DNA of 64,000 bases from a bacterium (GCA_027002475.1 JALWZS010000021.1:205-64204), one strand, 5' to 3'; positions 18,087 to 28,715 are shown, numbered from the stretch's first letter. The notes: generated by a model from the sequence alone, not told the origin. A program made the numbers and translations.

Positions 18087-19160
18087 ATGGAAATGCCTAT
18101 TGGGACATTTGAAGTTGTTGCCAAAGATAACAAAACTAAAGCAAGACGCGGTCGCCTTTATACTCGGCGCGGCATTATTGAAACTCCAGCCTTTGCTCCT
18201 GATGCAACTTACGCAGTTTTAAAACATTTAAGCACTCACGATCTAGAAAAAATTGGTCTTCAAATGATTCTCACCAACACCTATCACGTTAATATTCGCC
18301 CTGGTCTTGAAGTAATAAAAGAGCACAACGGAATTCACAATTTCCTAAAATACGACAAACCAATCCTCACAGACAGCGGCGGCTGGCAAGTCTTTTCATT
18401 AGTTTATGAAAGTAAAATGGGCAAAGTTTTAGATAACGGTGTTAAATTCCGCGATCATATAAGTGGCGACGAGCACTTCTTAACTCCTCAAAAAGCTATC
18501 GACATTCAGTTAACCCTAGACTCTGATATCTTAATGGTTCTAGATTACCCTGTTTCTCCTAATGCAAATAAAAAAGACAACCTCTACTCTATCTCCCGAA
18601 CAACTGCTTGGGCAAAAATTTCAAAAGACACATTTGTTAAAGATGAGCGTTCAAGAGATAAGATCCTTTATGGAATTATTCAAGGAGCAAACGACAAAGA
18701 CTTAAGAAAAAAATCATTTGAGGAACTAGAGCAAATTGGATTTGGCGGATATGGTTTTGGCGGAGTTCCGCTTTATGACGACGTGGTTGAATACACGGCC
18801 GATCTTATTCCAGACAGTAAATTAAGATACATGATGGGATCAGGTACGCCTGATGATATTAAAAAATATGTTGCAATGGGATATGACCTTTTTGACTGCG
18901 TTGTCCCAACAAGAAACGCCAGACACGGTCTTTTATACACAAGCGAAGGAGAAATGCGAATAACCAATGCTAAGTTTAAGTTTGACAAAAAGCCAGTTGA
19001 TGAAAAATGCGATTGTGAGCTTTGCACGACTTACTCACGCTCATACTTACACCATTTGTTTAAAATAAAAGAACCACTAGGCAGACGCCTCGCCACAATC
19101 CACAATTTAAGATTTTATGTAAAGATGATGGAGGAGATGAGAAAATTAATTAATCACTAG
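18087..19160 (+). CDS. tgt: queuine tRNA-ribosyltransferase (tRNA-guanine transglycosylase)
   Basis: LTDSGGWQVFSL active-site motif and a zinc site CDCELCTTYSRSYLHHL. Confidence 0.9.
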   Translation: MEMPIGTFEVVAKDNKTKARRGRLYTRRGIIETPAFAPDATYAVLKHLSTHDLEKIGLQMILTNTYHVNIRPGLEVIKEHNGIHNFLKYDKPILTDSGGWQVFSLVYESKMGKVLDNGVKFRDHISGDEHFLTPQKAIDIQLTLDSDILMVLDYPVSPNANKKDNLYSISRTTAWAKISKDTFVKDERSRDKILYGIIQGANDKDLRKKSFEELEQIGFGGYGFGGVPLYDDVVEYTADLIPDSKLRYMMGSGTPDDIKKYVAMGYDLFDCVVPTRNARHGLLYTSEGEMRITNAKFKFDKKPVDEKCDCELCTTYSRSYLHHLFKIKEPLGRRLATIHNLRFYVKMMEEMRKLINH

Positions 19161-20067
19161 CCAACTCGAAGGCTAATACATCTTTTTCATTAGCTGTAGC
19201 TAAAGCAGCAACCTTCCTCAACGTTCGTTCCGTATCTAACCGCCACTTATCGGGAAGCTCAACCCTAAACTTATCGCGCATAAAATCCCTAAATGCCTGC
19301 ATCCCTTCTTTATCGTCATATGAAAACTTTTTAGTCTGTTCTCCATCCCCAAAAGTTCCTTCGACTAATTCACCTGTACCAGTGAATGTCAACTCAAAAA
19401 CATTACCTCCAAACTGTTTGCCATTACTGTCGTAACTATATCTAAGAGCTTCAATTTGCCGCCCAGCTGGTCCCTCTACAAAATGCCCCTGCAAGCGTGC
19501 ACTAGGAGGAACATCTGGAGTTTCAATACCATACCCCCCTCGCGTATCCAGCTGAAAGATCCAGCTTGGTGGATCTATGAGGTCTACTTTTTTCAATGTA
19601 AAACTAGTTACCCGTGAACTATCCTCTTCACCTATTGTCAGTTCAAGATCATGTACCCCATCACCATGCAATAAATCAAGTTGGTAGTGTTCAATCGCGG
19701 GCGACACACTTCTCTCACCTAAAATTCTGTCACCAATTTCTACAAGCTCTCTCTCAGCAATGGTGCATTTGTTGTTATATTCTTCTCTGGCTTCAACCAT
19801 GCGCCTAGCTTTTTCCTGTAACACAGGTCTTGCCACAACGGTTTCAAATGCAGCAGCTACTGCTTCTTCGTCTGCAACCCTCCCGCCACTTTCATCAACA
19901 ATTCGATTCGCCTCCTCATGAATCTCATCAACAACTTGTCTCACTGCCTCCTTAGCAACTACCTCTGATAGATACCTTTCAATTTTTGCAACAAGCTCAG
20001 GATTTGTTAGTTTAAGTTCTGATGCAACAGAAGGGAGCTCCCCACCGCCACCGACTACTTTTCTCAT
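19150..20067 (-). CDS. hypothetical acidic protein (305 aa), GC content visibly higher than neighbours
   Basis: Continuous ORF with no recognised motif. Noticeably GC-richer codon usage than flanking genes. Confidence 0.5.
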   Translation of the reverse strand: MRKVVGGGGELPSVASELKLTNPELVAKIERYLSEVVAKEAVRQVVDEIHEEANRIVDESGGRVADEEAVAAAFETVVARPVLQEKARRMVEAREEYNNKCTIAERELVEIGDRILGERSVSPAIEHYQLDLLHGDGVHDLELTIGEEDSSRVTSFTLKKVDLIDPPSWIFQLDTRGGYGIETPDVPPSARLQGHFVEGPAGRQIEALRYSYDSNGKQFGGNVFELTFTGTGELVEGTFGDGEQTKKFSYDDKEGMQAFRDFMRDKFRVELPDKWRLDTERTLRKVAALATANEKDVLAFELASD

Positions 20068-20129
20068 ACTAAAACAATACTACAATAAAACACCTTGCGC
20101 AAGAGATGCACCATGCACCTTAATAGGGT

Positions 20130-20158
20130 TTGCATATGTATTCATACCGACCTACAAT
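20130..20158 (+). promoter_or_regulatory. sigma70-type promoter (TTGCAT-17-TACAAT) giving a leaderless transcript
   Basis: TTGCAT at 20130-20135, a 17-nt spacer and TACAAT at 20153-20158. The ATG at 20166 lies at or next to the predicted transcription start. Confidence 0.5.
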
Positions 20159-20165
20159 AATCCAT

Positions 20166-20459
20166 ATGGGTTTGAAGCTAAATATTAATTTTATCCTCCG
20201 AACAGATGCGTTTGATGATGTCAACTTGGTCGTTGGTCAAGAATATAAATTTGAAAAACCAGGACTACACTTAATCTCAGATACGCTTCAAATTTGGCTT
20301 ACAAAAAAAGACTGGACTGTTTTAGCAGATATACAAGTTACGTCTTTAACCCGCGCAAATGATCTAACCTCTGGCACTTTTGTAGTAAAACATGTCTATA
20401 CTGGCAACGAGCAAAAAACCGTTACAGAAATGTTTAGACGAATGTACGGGTCGAAGTAA
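20166..20459 (+). CDS. hypothetical small protein (97 aa)
   Basis: Start moved to the ATG at 20166, because the promoter lies inside the longer ORF call. No RBS, consistent with a leaderless mRNA. Confidence 0.45.
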   Translation: MGLKLNINFILRTDAFDDVNLVVGQEYKFEKPGLHLISDTLQIWLTKKDWTVLADIQVTSLTRANDLTSGTFVVKHVYTGNEQKTVTEMFRRMYGSK

Positions 20460-20461
20460 CC

Positions 20462-20662
20462 ATGGAAAAGAAGCCACTTGTTTTTAAATATAAAAACTGG
20501 AGAGGAGAAACCAGCATTCGAAAAGTTATGCCAATAAAGATTTGGTATGGCTCTACTAAATGGCATCCACAAGAAGGTTGGCTTCTTAAAGCCATGGATT
20601 TAGATAAAGATGCCGAGCGTGATTTTTCTATAAAGGATATTATCAGTTTCGAAAAAGAGTGA
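20462..20662 (+). CDS. hypothetical small protein (66 aa)
   Basis: Begins 2 nt after the upstream stop (operon partner). KNWRGE...IWYGSTKWHPQEGWLLKAMDLDKDAERDFSIKDI is a conserved-looking pattern I cannot assign to a family. Confidence 0.45.
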   Translation: MEKKPLVFKYKNWRGETSIRKVMPIKIWYGSTKWHPQEGWLLKAMDLDKDAERDFSIKDIISFEKE

Positions 20663-20673
20663 TTCCCAAACTC

Positions 20674-22020
20674 TTACAGCAACACGGCGCTGGCTAGCCC
20701 CAAAAACACCAAAAAGCCTATCATATCCGTAGCAGTAGTCAAAAGCACCGCAGAACTCACAGCCGGATCGATGTTTAACTTTTTTAGCGTAAGAGGAATG
20801 ACCGTTCCAAAAAATCCCGCAGCTAAAAGATTAAATATCATCGCAAGTGCCAATACGACCCCAAGCATAATGTTTTTGTTTAGAATGTAAGCTACCAAAG
20901 CAATAATCACCCCATTTGCTGCACCATTGAGTATTCCAGCGATCATCTCTTTTATAACTATTTTCTTACCTACTCCCGGCTCTATTTCACCTAATGCAAG
21001 ACTTCGAATAACAACCGCTAGAGTTTGCGTACCAGCATTCCCTCCCATACTTGCGACAATTGGCATATAAGCCGCCAGTATTACCATCTCACTTAGCGTA
21101 TTTTGGAATAAAGAGATAATCGCAACAGCGCCAAGCGAAGTTAATAAGTTTATAACAAGCCACTTTAACCTATGATTTACCGTTGTGGACACTGAATCGG
21201 TAGCGGTCTCCTCTTTTTGCACACCCGCGAATTTGAGTAGTTTCTTACTTGCTTCATCTTCAATTACCTTAATTAAATCTTTTGCATGAACAATCCCTAT
21301 TGGAATATCATCCTCGTTAGCAGTAATGACCAAATCATCTTTTGGGTGTTTTTTAAGCAAACTTATAAGTTTACCTTTCTCAAACTGCCCATTAATGACA
21401 ATTGCATCTGAAATCAAGTGATCAATTGGCTCATCTTTGTCGGCAGCGATAATATGTGCAAAGTAAACCCTACCTAAAGTTTTTCTCTTATTATCGGTAG
21501 CAATAATCACTGGGACCTCATCGAAGTTTTTTAAATATTCGTCAACCTTTTTCGCAACATCTTCCACGGTAAAATTCTCCTCAACCACAACAAAGTTGCG
21601 TCTGATCAAATCTGCTACTTCAGGGAATAGCTGTGTCATCTCTTCAATCTCTTGCTTATAATCAGAAGCACGCTCTTCCTGTTGCTCCCCATCTATGTCT
21701 TTTCTGTGATTTAAAATAACCTCTTCTTCTGCTCTATCTGTGTAGTATAAAAGTGCATCAATCTCTGCTTGAGTTAACGACCTGATAATATTTTTTCGCA
21801 CCCCGAGCCCAACTAAAAACAAAACCTCAACTTGCGCGTCGGCGGGAAGTAGTCTAAAAATTGCTATTCGAGATCGTGCCAAGTCAATTATCTTAGCAAT
21901 GTCGCTGTAGGTTAGTTTAGAAAGTATTTTTTTAGCCTTCGCTTTATTGTTTTTGCTTAAAAGCTTTTCTAAATCGGAAGCGATTTTCCTAGCAGATCCT
22001 TTTTTCCGAAGCCTGTTCAT
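20674..22020 (-). CDS. mgtE: magnesium transporter MgtE
   Basis: N-terminal domain, a CBS pair, and a C-terminal TM domain with GGNAGTQ. Confidence 0.85.
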   Translation of the reverse strand: MNRLRKKGSARKIASDLEKLLSKNNKAKAKKILSKLTYSDIAKIIDLARSRIAIFRLLPADAQVEVLFLVGLGVRKNIIRSLTQAEIDALLYYTDRAEEEVILNHRKDIDGEQQEERASDYKQEIEEMTQLFPEVADLIRRNFVVVEENFTVEDVAKKVDEYLKNFDEVPVIIATDNKRKTLGRVYFAHIIAADKDEPIDHLISDAIVINGQFEKGKLISLLKKHPKDDLVITANEDDIPIGIVHAKDLIKVIEDEASKKLLKFAGVQKEETATDSVSTTVNHRLKWLVINLLTSLGAVAIISLFQNTLSEMVILAAYMPIVASMGGNAGTQTLAVVIRSLALGEIEPGVGKKIVIKEMIAGILNGAANGVIIALVAYILNKNIMLGVVLALAMIFNLLAAGFFGTVIPLTLKKLNIDPAVSSAVLLTTATDMIGFLVFLGLASAVLL

Positions 22021-22060
22021 CTATAACTCTAGAATATATGTAAAATCACGCTTTAACAAG

Positions 22061-22182
22061 TGTTAGTTGAAGAGTTAAAGAGTTATAGAGTTTGAGTGTT
22101 GAAGCGTTTGAATGTCATTGCGAGGAGGAAATCGAAGATTTTCGACGAAGCAATCCCAGATTGGAGAGTTGGAGAGTTGTAC
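22061..22182. repeat. composite intergenic repeat, copy R5
   Basis: Heptad run gttagttgaagagttaaagagttatagagtttgagtgttgaag, core gtcattgcgaggaggaaatcgaagattttcgacgaagcaatccc, and ggagagttggagagttgtac. Confidence 0.75.
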
Positions 22183-22196
22183 TATATAATTAAACG

Positions 22197-23840
22197 ATGG
22201 AAAACATTCATCCATCTCTTCGTATCCGCAAAGGAGTTGCTATTGTTCTTGGAATCATACTTTTAGAAGCTATCTTTATTTACGTCCTTACTATACACAG
22301 AAACAATACTCCCACCCAGCAGCCAATTAATATCCCAATTATTAGCTCAACAATACACGTCAACAAAAACTCGATAGAAAATACAAGCATGCCGATAGCA
22401 ACGCGAGAAAAAATCACAAACGCAGTTAGCCAGATTCAAGATGCAAAGTTGGATTTAGGAGATGACATAACGTTAAATAACAACGGCAAAGGAACACTTG
22501 TTCAATCATACGTCTATGTCCCAGTTGTACGGTTTGGTTCACTAATCGAGGAAACTAATCTAGATGAAATCAAAGACACGTACATAAACGGAAGCAGCAA
22601 TAAATTTAGTAAAGTCTATATCCTTAACGATGCAAAGGCACTTAACACAATACTAAACACCACTAACACTAAAGCAATTACAGTCGCCTCCGTTGACACA
22701 CTAATTAGCAAAATGAGTAAATCTGATCTAGCGATAGTCCCATTTGAAGAACTAACCCCCAAACTAAGTACATTAAAGATAGGTAAGCTTTCTGTATTAA
22801 ACAAGGAGCTAAGCAACGATAAATGGCCGTTAACGCTAAAAGTCTACATAGACGGCAAAAAGGGACAACTTCTTGTCGATGTACTAGGTGATAGTTTGGT
22901 TGATAACAGAATCCCACAAAACATGGGTACTTTAATTATGACAGGTGTTACTGCAATAAGCCGCGGGGTCGAGTATGCAATAGAGCGTCACAATGACCCA
23001 ATATATCCAGCTCGAGGCGTAATGGACGTACTTTCCAAAGCGGACTTAACTCATGTAAACAGCGAGAATCCATTATTCGATGGGTGCATACCTGCAGAAC
23101 ACGGCGTAGTTCTTTGTGGTAAAACCCGCTCAATTGCGAACTTTAAAGCAATTGGTGTTGATATCGTAGGCCTAACAGGTAACCACCGAAATGATTATGG
23201 TCCCAAAAAAAACCTTGAATCGATTGGTCACTTAGAAGAATTAGGACTTGAGTATTATGGCGGCGGTAAAAACGAAAAAGATGCCGCGAAGATTTTATAC
23301 AAAAAGATTGATGATATTACACTAGCATTTGTTGGTTATGCGTACTTTGATTCTTTGAACGGTCCTAGCTACCGATCTTTAGCATATGGAGACCGACCAG
23401 GTGCCAATTACTATAGTGAGAAAAAAGTTAAAAGAGATATTGAAACCGCTCGTAAAAAGGCCGACTTTGTGATTGTTGAATATCAGTTTATTGAAAACTA
23501 TTCATACGACCCGATTCCTGGTCAAATTGAGGTATTCCAACAAACCATTGATTATGGAGCAGATCTTGTTATGGGGGTTCAGTCGCACCAACCACAATGG
23601 ATTAGGTTTAGAAAGTCTCCAGATGGGCACGAAGGAACAATATTTTATGGACTTGGAAACTTCTTTTTTGACCAAATGTGGTCACTTGGTACAAGGCAAG
23701 GAATAATTCCAGAGTTTGTCTTTTACAACGGGAAGCTTATTTCAATGGATATTATGACCACCCTACTTTACGATTACGCACAACCCCGATTTGTAACAGG
23801 ACAAGACCGAGAAGCGATATTAAAGGAAGTGCTCCCTTAG
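22197..23840 (+). CDS. CapA/PgsA-like metallophosphatase family protein (poly-gamma-glutamate synthesis accessory) with N-terminal TM extension
   Basis: CapA-like region GVTAISRGVEYAIERHNDPIYPARGVMDVLSKADLTHVNSENP. N-terminal TM helix. 547 aa. Confidence 0.65.
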   Translation: MENIHPSLRIRKGVAIVLGIILLEAIFIYVLTIHRNNTPTQQPINIPIISSTIHVNKNSIENTSMPIATREKITNAVSQIQDAKLDLGDDITLNNNGKGTLVQSYVYVPVVRFGSLIEETNLDEIKDTYINGSSNKFSKVYILNDAKALNTILNTTNTKAITVASVDTLISKMSKSDLAIVPFEELTPKLSTLKIGKLSVLNKELSNDKWPLTLKVYIDGKKGQLLVDVLGDSLVDNRIPQNMGTLIMTGVTAISRGVEYAIERHNDPIYPARGVMDVLSKADLTHVNSENPLFDGCIPAEHGVVLCGKTRSIANFKAIGVDIVGLTGNHRNDYGPKKNLESIGHLEELGLEYYGGGKNEKDAAKILYKKIDDITLAFVGYAYFDSLNGPSYRSLAYGDRPGANYYSEKKVKRDIETARKKADFVIVEYQFIENYSYDPIPGQIEVFQQTIDYGADLVMGVQSHQPQWIRFRKSPDGHEGTIFYGLGNFFFDQMWSLGTRQGIIPEFVFYNGKLISMDIMTTLLYDYAQPRFVTGQDREAILKEVLP

Positions 23841-24601
23841 CCCTTAACTGATTTGCGATTACTTTCTTCAAGTTCTTTTCGCTTTTTAAATTCTCTATAA
23901 CCTTTAACGTATTGTCGGAGAAGAACTAAGAATATCAAACCCAAACCAAAAAACACCCCAACAATAAGATATGAGTTTAGTTTAGATGTAAAATCCGCAA
24001 ATCTAAAAACTAAGTAATTAACTGTAAAGGCTGGAATTGCAGAAACGACTGCAGTGATTATAAAGTATGTTTTAAAATCAAGCGGAGTAAGACCTGCAGC
24101 GTACGACACAATATCGAACATCGGGAAGCCAAAAAGTCTCGCGATAATAAGTAGCTTTTCATCTGATGCATCTACAAATTCATCAATGTCCTCCATTGTT
24201 TCTTCACCAACAAACTTTTTAACTAAAGGCCTCCCCCACTTTTTGCTAATCCAAAAGGCGATTGCAGAGCTAATAAGTCCTCCAAGATACGCATAAAACA
24301 TGGTTTTCCATAACCCAAAAAGTCCCACACTAAGAAGAACCCCAGGGCTCCCAGCTATAGGAGCAAAGATATGGGAAATCACAACATAAATTGTTACACC
24401 AAAAGGCCCAAATGGCCCTAGCCAAATAACTAACTTATGCATCCAATCAGCAGTGATGATGTCACCCAAAAAATAAACGAATACGATAATTGCTACTGCA
24501 CCAAGAGCATTTTTAACGGTTACGTACTTAATCCCCCTCCTATACCAACTCTTTTGAGTTATCGCTCGCAATTTATCAAGCATAAACGTATTATCGCACA
24601 C
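23837..24601 (-). CDS. DedA/TVP38-TMEM64 family membrane protein
   Basis: Polytopic. DedA-type motif around FAPIAGSPGVLLSVGLFG. Confidence 0.65.
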   Translation of the reverse strand: MCDNTFMLDKLRAITQKSWYRRGIKYVTVKNALGAVAIIVFVYFLGDIITADWMHKLVIWLGPFGPFGVTIYVVISHIFAPIAGSPGVLLSVGLFGLWKTMFYAYLGGLISSAIAFWISKKWGRPLVKKFVGEETMEDIDEFVDASDEKLLIIARLFGFPMFDIVSYAAGLTPLDFKTYFIITAVVSAIPAFTVNYLVFRFADFTSKLNSYLIVGVFFGLGLIFLVLLRQYVKGYREFKKRKELEESNRKSVKG

Positions 24602-24719
24602 TAAAAGTTTAGTTAAAGGTCCGACCTTTAACTAAACCGCTACAACAGGCTCAAGAAATCTTTAGATCTCTTGACAAGACTTTAGCGTATAATGTGAACA
24701 GCTAAAGGGGGTGATTTAA

Positions 24720-25109
24720 ATGACAGGATTTGCAGATAATATTGAAAAGCTTACAAAAGAAAATGACAACTTCCGAAAAGTTTTGTTCACAGGAGAACAC
24801 ATGCAGCTAGTCCTAATGACACTTTTACCTGGTGAAGACATTGGATTAGAAGTACATAACAATGTTGACCAGTTCTTCCGAGTTGATGCTGGACATGGAA
24901 AGGTTGTTATGAACGGCCAGGAACAAGACATTGAAGATGGGTTTGCAGTACTAGTCCCAGCAGGAACAGAACACAACATTGTAAATACTGGCGATGAACC
25001 ATTAAGGCTCTACACAATTTATGCCCCACCAAACCATCCAGACGGTACAGTACATGCTACCAAAGCAGAAGCAGATGAGTACGAAGCAACTCACCACCAC
25101 GAAGAGTAA
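24720..25109 (+). CDS. cupin-domain protein
   Basis: Cupin_2-like segment LLPGEDIGLEVHNNVDQFFRV...GTEHN. His-rich C-terminus. GGGGGTG RBS. Confidence 0.65.
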   Translation: MTGFADNIEKLTKENDNFRKVLFTGEHMQLVLMTLLPGEDIGLEVHNNVDQFFRVDAGHGKVVMNGQEQDIEDGFAVLVPAGTEHNIVNTGDEPLRLYTIYAPPNHPDGTVHATKAEADEYEATHHHEE

Positions 25110-25155
25110 GCCTACAAGCCCTCCTTATTTAGGGGGGCGTATGGCACGATGAATT

Positions 25156-25881
25156 ATGGATAATGTTACTTCAAAAGAACTAATTGAATATATAAAGCGA
25201 CATAGCAATAAAGAAAAAGCAACATCAGAGCATCGATACTTTAAAACAAATCCTGGCGAATACGGTGCTCATGACAAGTTTCTAGGCGTCCCAATGCCAA
25301 CACAGCGTCAAATTGTCAAACGTTACTACAAGGTCCCGTTAGAAATAGTTCCAGACCTATTAAAAAGCCCCTTTCACGAAGTTAGAATGATTGGGCTTTT
25401 AATTCTAGTTGAGAAATTTAAAAAGACCAAAAAAGATCCCGCTGCGCAAAAACAAATATATGAGATGTTTGTTAAAAATCTTAATGCCGCAAATAACTGG
25501 GATTTAGTCGATGTAACAGTCCCCCATGTTATTGGCGAATTTATGGTTATCCAACCAAAGGAAAGAAAATTATTGTATAAGCTAGCAAAGTCAAAGGGTT
25601 TATGGGAAAAACGGAGTGCAATGCTAGCATGCTACGCGTTCATAAAAAGAAACGATTTTGATGATACATTAAAAATAGCAGAGATCCTAGTAAGCGATAA
25701 ACATGACTTAATTCACAAAGCCGTTGGCTGGATGCTAAGAGAAATTGGCAAACGTGATGAAAACAAAGAAAAGGAGTTTTTAATGAAACACTATAAAACC
25801 ATGCCACGAACTATGCTTAGATATGCCATTGAAAAAATGAGCAAAAAAGATAAAGACTTCTTTATGGGTAGAACTACTTAA
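25156..25881 (+). CDS. DNA alkylation repair protein (AlkD/AlkC-like HEAT-repeat glycosylase family)
   Basis: Helical repeat protein with the family pattern HRYFKTNPGEYGAHDKFLGVPMPTQRQI...NWDLVD. Confidence 0.6.
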   Translation: MDNVTSKELIEYIKRHSNKEKATSEHRYFKTNPGEYGAHDKFLGVPMPTQRQIVKRYYKVPLEIVPDLLKSPFHEVRMIGLLILVEKFKKTKKDPAAQKQIYEMFVKNLNAANNWDLVDVTVPHVIGEFMVIQPKERKLLYKLAKSKGLWEKRSAMLACYAFIKRNDFDDTLKIAEILVSDKHDLIHKAVGWMLREIGKRDENKEKEFLMKHYKTMPRTMLRYAIEKMSKKDKDFFMGRTT

Positions 25882-26132
25882 ACGCCAGTAATACAACTGC
25901 AAATAAGGTAATACCAACGATTGCAACAAGCTGTATTAACCACTCTTTGTGGGGCAGTTTATCAAAGTTAGTCATTTAGTATCACCTCTTTCCTACAACT
26001 AATATACATAAATGTTTAGGACTTGGTCAAATAGCTTATACTTAAAAAGATGGTAAAAGAAACTCTGATATCCGCACTAATATTCGTTGCTAGCGTCATA
26101 GCATTAGTTCTACTTCTTCAAATAAGACGCAC

Positions 26133-28454
26133 CTAGTTACAGTCACCGCGACCAAATAAAAGGTTATGAAAATACTCTGATACGTAATTTATGTTGTGAG
26201 AATACTGTGCAGTTTCTTTATGGATTTTAACGTAGCGCTTTAATGGACAGTGTTTGGCATCATCATGTTTCTTTATGTGTTTGAGAACATAGGTGACTGC
26301 CCGCTTTTGGTTTGGGAAAATCCTGTTTTCTCCTAGCTCTTCTAATAAACCACTTTCCTCCATGACTTCAAGCACTGAGGTTTTAAGCCCAGCAAAATAA
26401 ATTTCCTTTTTAGATTCTTTTAGTCTTGAGATTAACTCACGCAAAATCTCAATGCCTGTTGCATCAATCATATTGATCCCCGACCCAACAATAACTACTG
26501 CAGATATTTTTTTGTGAGCAACAAGGTCTGCTAGAATTGCGTTCTCTAGATTTTGTGCATTTGCAAAAAACAATGGGGCATCAAATCGGATAATTGCAAT
26601 ATTTGTACACCTTGCCAAGTGGAAAAGCTTTGAGTCATGAAACGTACCATCTCGGTATTTTGACAAAAACACAATCCTTGGATGAGCATTGTTATATAGG
26701 TAATAAAGAATAGAAAGTGCAACCCCAATGGCAAGACCTTTTTCCAGATCTGGCGCAAAATAAAGCGTTCCTGCAAAGGTAACTAATGCTGCCACACCAT
26801 CTTGTTTACTTGCTTTAAAAATCTCAACAATCTTTTTTACATCTAATAAACTAAGTACGCTTACTACAATGATTGCCGACAACACAACCTGTGGCAAAAA
26901 TTTAAGTAGTGGAGCAAAAAATAACATAGTAAGCAGCACAACGATCCCAGCAATAACGTTAGAAAGTCCGGTTACTCCTCCACTTTCATAGTTTACTGAC
27001 GTTCTCATAAAAGATCCCGCAACAGGAAGCCCCTTACTAATGGAACCAACAATATTTGCCATGCCTTGTCCAATTAGTTCTTGGTTGTAATCTATAGCCT
27101 CCTTAGTCTTAAAAGCAATAGCTTGAGCAACAGCAATCGACTGTGTAAAACCAACAATTGCAATCATTAGAATTGCAGGCAAAAGTGACATCATCTTTGC
27201 CAAATCAATAGTTGGCATGGAAAACTTAGGTAAACCTTTTGGTATGTCTCCAACGATGCTTCCCCCTTGAACAAAAGTTAAGTTATTTAGGTTAAGCTTT
27301 CCACTACTAACATCAAGATACCAAATATCTTTTGACAAAGGCTTGCCATGGACATCTTTTGCTAATACAAGCTTTCTTTGCGCTGGGTTAATATCGTAAA
27401 GTGCAGTTGTAGATAGTTCTTTTTTTAATCTATCAAAATCTAGTTTTAGCAAAGAAGTTTCAAACTCTAAACGACGATACTTAGATTCAAGCTCGAACTG
27501 GTCTATATCACCTAACAATCCCGATTCGATCTGTTCTTTCAGTTTAACTATTTCCTGTTCATTAGCGTTAATCTGCGATAATACTTGATTATATTCAGTT
27601 ATTTTTGTTAACACTTCAGAAGATGCAATATTAAATGACGAACCAGTAAAACTAATCCTATACCCGATTCCCCATGAAACTATAGTGGCAACCACCACCA
27701 CAATCAAAACATAAGGCACCTTAGAGTTAAGCCATTTGAAAAGGTACATGGTAACAAGTGCAGCAACCCCAAAGGCTAGAGTTGGCCAGTATAGATGAGA
27801 GGCAGAATCCCTAAGTACTGGGACTATTGACTGGTAAAGGTAGTTTTGCGTGTTAATGGAACTCCCCAAAAACGAAGGCAGTTGCAAAAACGCAATTATA
27901 ATGACAGCAGCACTAGTAAACCCATAAATTACAGGGTGCGAAATAAATGAAAGCAACGAACCAAGCCTAAAACTACCAAGTAGTAGCTGAATTACACCTA
28001 GCGTAAACGCAATCATAGTCGTATAGGCAATAAATTCAGGGCTAGATGTAATTGCTATCGAGCTTAACGCGGTAGCAGTCATCAAAGAAACCAAAGCAAC
28101 TGGTCCAGTTGATAAGTGCCTACTTGAGCCAAATAGTGCCGCAATAATAGGAGGTAAAAAGGCTGCATACAATCCGTAATAAGCTGGAAGACCGGCAAGT
28201 TCTGCGTACGCTAACGATTGAGGGATTAAAACTAAAGCCACTGTAATCCCTGCAAGTAAGTCTGCTTTTAATGTGTCCCAAGAAAAATCCTCAAACCAGC
28301 GAAGAAAAGGAAACAATGAAAGTAAAATTGGATTTGTTACCCTAACTTTAAACTGCTTAGTACGTTTTAGTTTTGTAGTCTGGGTATGTTTTGTTTTTTG
28401 CTCAGAAGCTTTTTTACCCCAAATACTAGTTCGAGATTTTTTCTTTGCAGGCAT
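26133..28454 (-). CDS. SulP-family anion transporter with C-terminal STAS domain and an inserted coiled-coil segment
   Basis: SulP signature LLAGITVALVLIPQSLAYAELAGLPAYYGLYAAFLPPII..GSSRHLSTGP. The C-terminal fold is STAS-like. Confidence 0.85.
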   Translation of the reverse strand: MPAKKKSRTSIWGKKASEQKTKHTQTTKLKRTKQFKVRVTNPILLSLFPFLRWFEDFSWDTLKADLLAGITVALVLIPQSLAYAELAGLPAYYGLYAAFLPPIIAALFGSSRHLSTGPVALVSLMTATALSSIAITSSPEFIAYTTMIAFTLGVIQLLLGSFRLGSLLSFISHPVIYGFTSAAVIIIAFLQLPSFLGSSINTQNYLYQSIVPVLRDSASHLYWPTLAFGVAALVTMYLFKWLNSKVPYVLIVVVVATIVSWGIGYRISFTGSSFNIASSEVLTKITEYNQVLSQINANEQEIVKLKEQIESGLLGDIDQFELESKYRRLEFETSLLKLDFDRLKKELSTTALYDINPAQRKLVLAKDVHGKPLSKDIWYLDVSSGKLNLNNLTFVQGGSIVGDIPKGLPKFSMPTIDLAKMMSLLPAILMIAIVGFTQSIAVAQAIAFKTKEAIDYNQELIGQGMANIVGSISKGLPVAGSFMRTSVNYESGGVTGLSNVIAGIVVLLTMLFFAPLLKFLPQVVLSAIIVVSVLSLLDVKKIVEIFKASKQDGVAALVTFAGTLYFAPDLEKGLAIGVALSILYYLYNNAHPRIVFLSKYRDGTFHDSKLFHLARCTNIAIIRFDAPLFFANAQNLENAILADLVAHKKISAVVIVGSGINMIDATGIEILRELISRLKESKKEIYFAGLKTSVLEVMEESGLLEELGENRIFPNQKRAVTYVLKHIKKHDDAKHCPLKRYVKIHKETAQYSHNINYVSEYFHNLLFGRGDCN

Positions 28455-28504
28455 TACTTTAATACTATCGTACTGCAGAGCAGTTTAAAAGTTCAAGTGG
28501 ACTA

Positions 28505-28715
28505 CTGACTAGTCATCGCGAGGAGTAAAGCAATCTCTACCGCCAGTAGATTGCCACACTACGCTCGCAATGACAACTCACCCGTCACTGCGAAGGAGCA
28601 AAGCGACTGCGGCAGTCTGACGTAGCGTCATTGCGAGGAGTAAGCTTACAGCTTGCGACGCGGCAATCTCTATGAACAGACTGCCACAGTCGCTTTGCCC
28701 CCTCGCGGTGACGGT
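28505..28715. repeat. composite intergenic repeat, copy R6
   Basis: gtcatcgcgaggag, cgctcgcaatgac, cgtcactgcgaaggagcaaagcgactgcggcagtctg and cgtcattgcgaggag. A palindromic arrangement. Confidence 0.75.

Noticed and set aside
24671-24693. TTGACA ... TATAAT upstream of the cupin gene as a canonical promoter
   Set aside because: Both hexamers are perfect consensus but the spacer is only 11 nt. That is incompatible with standard sigma70 geometry, so it is not reported as a feature.
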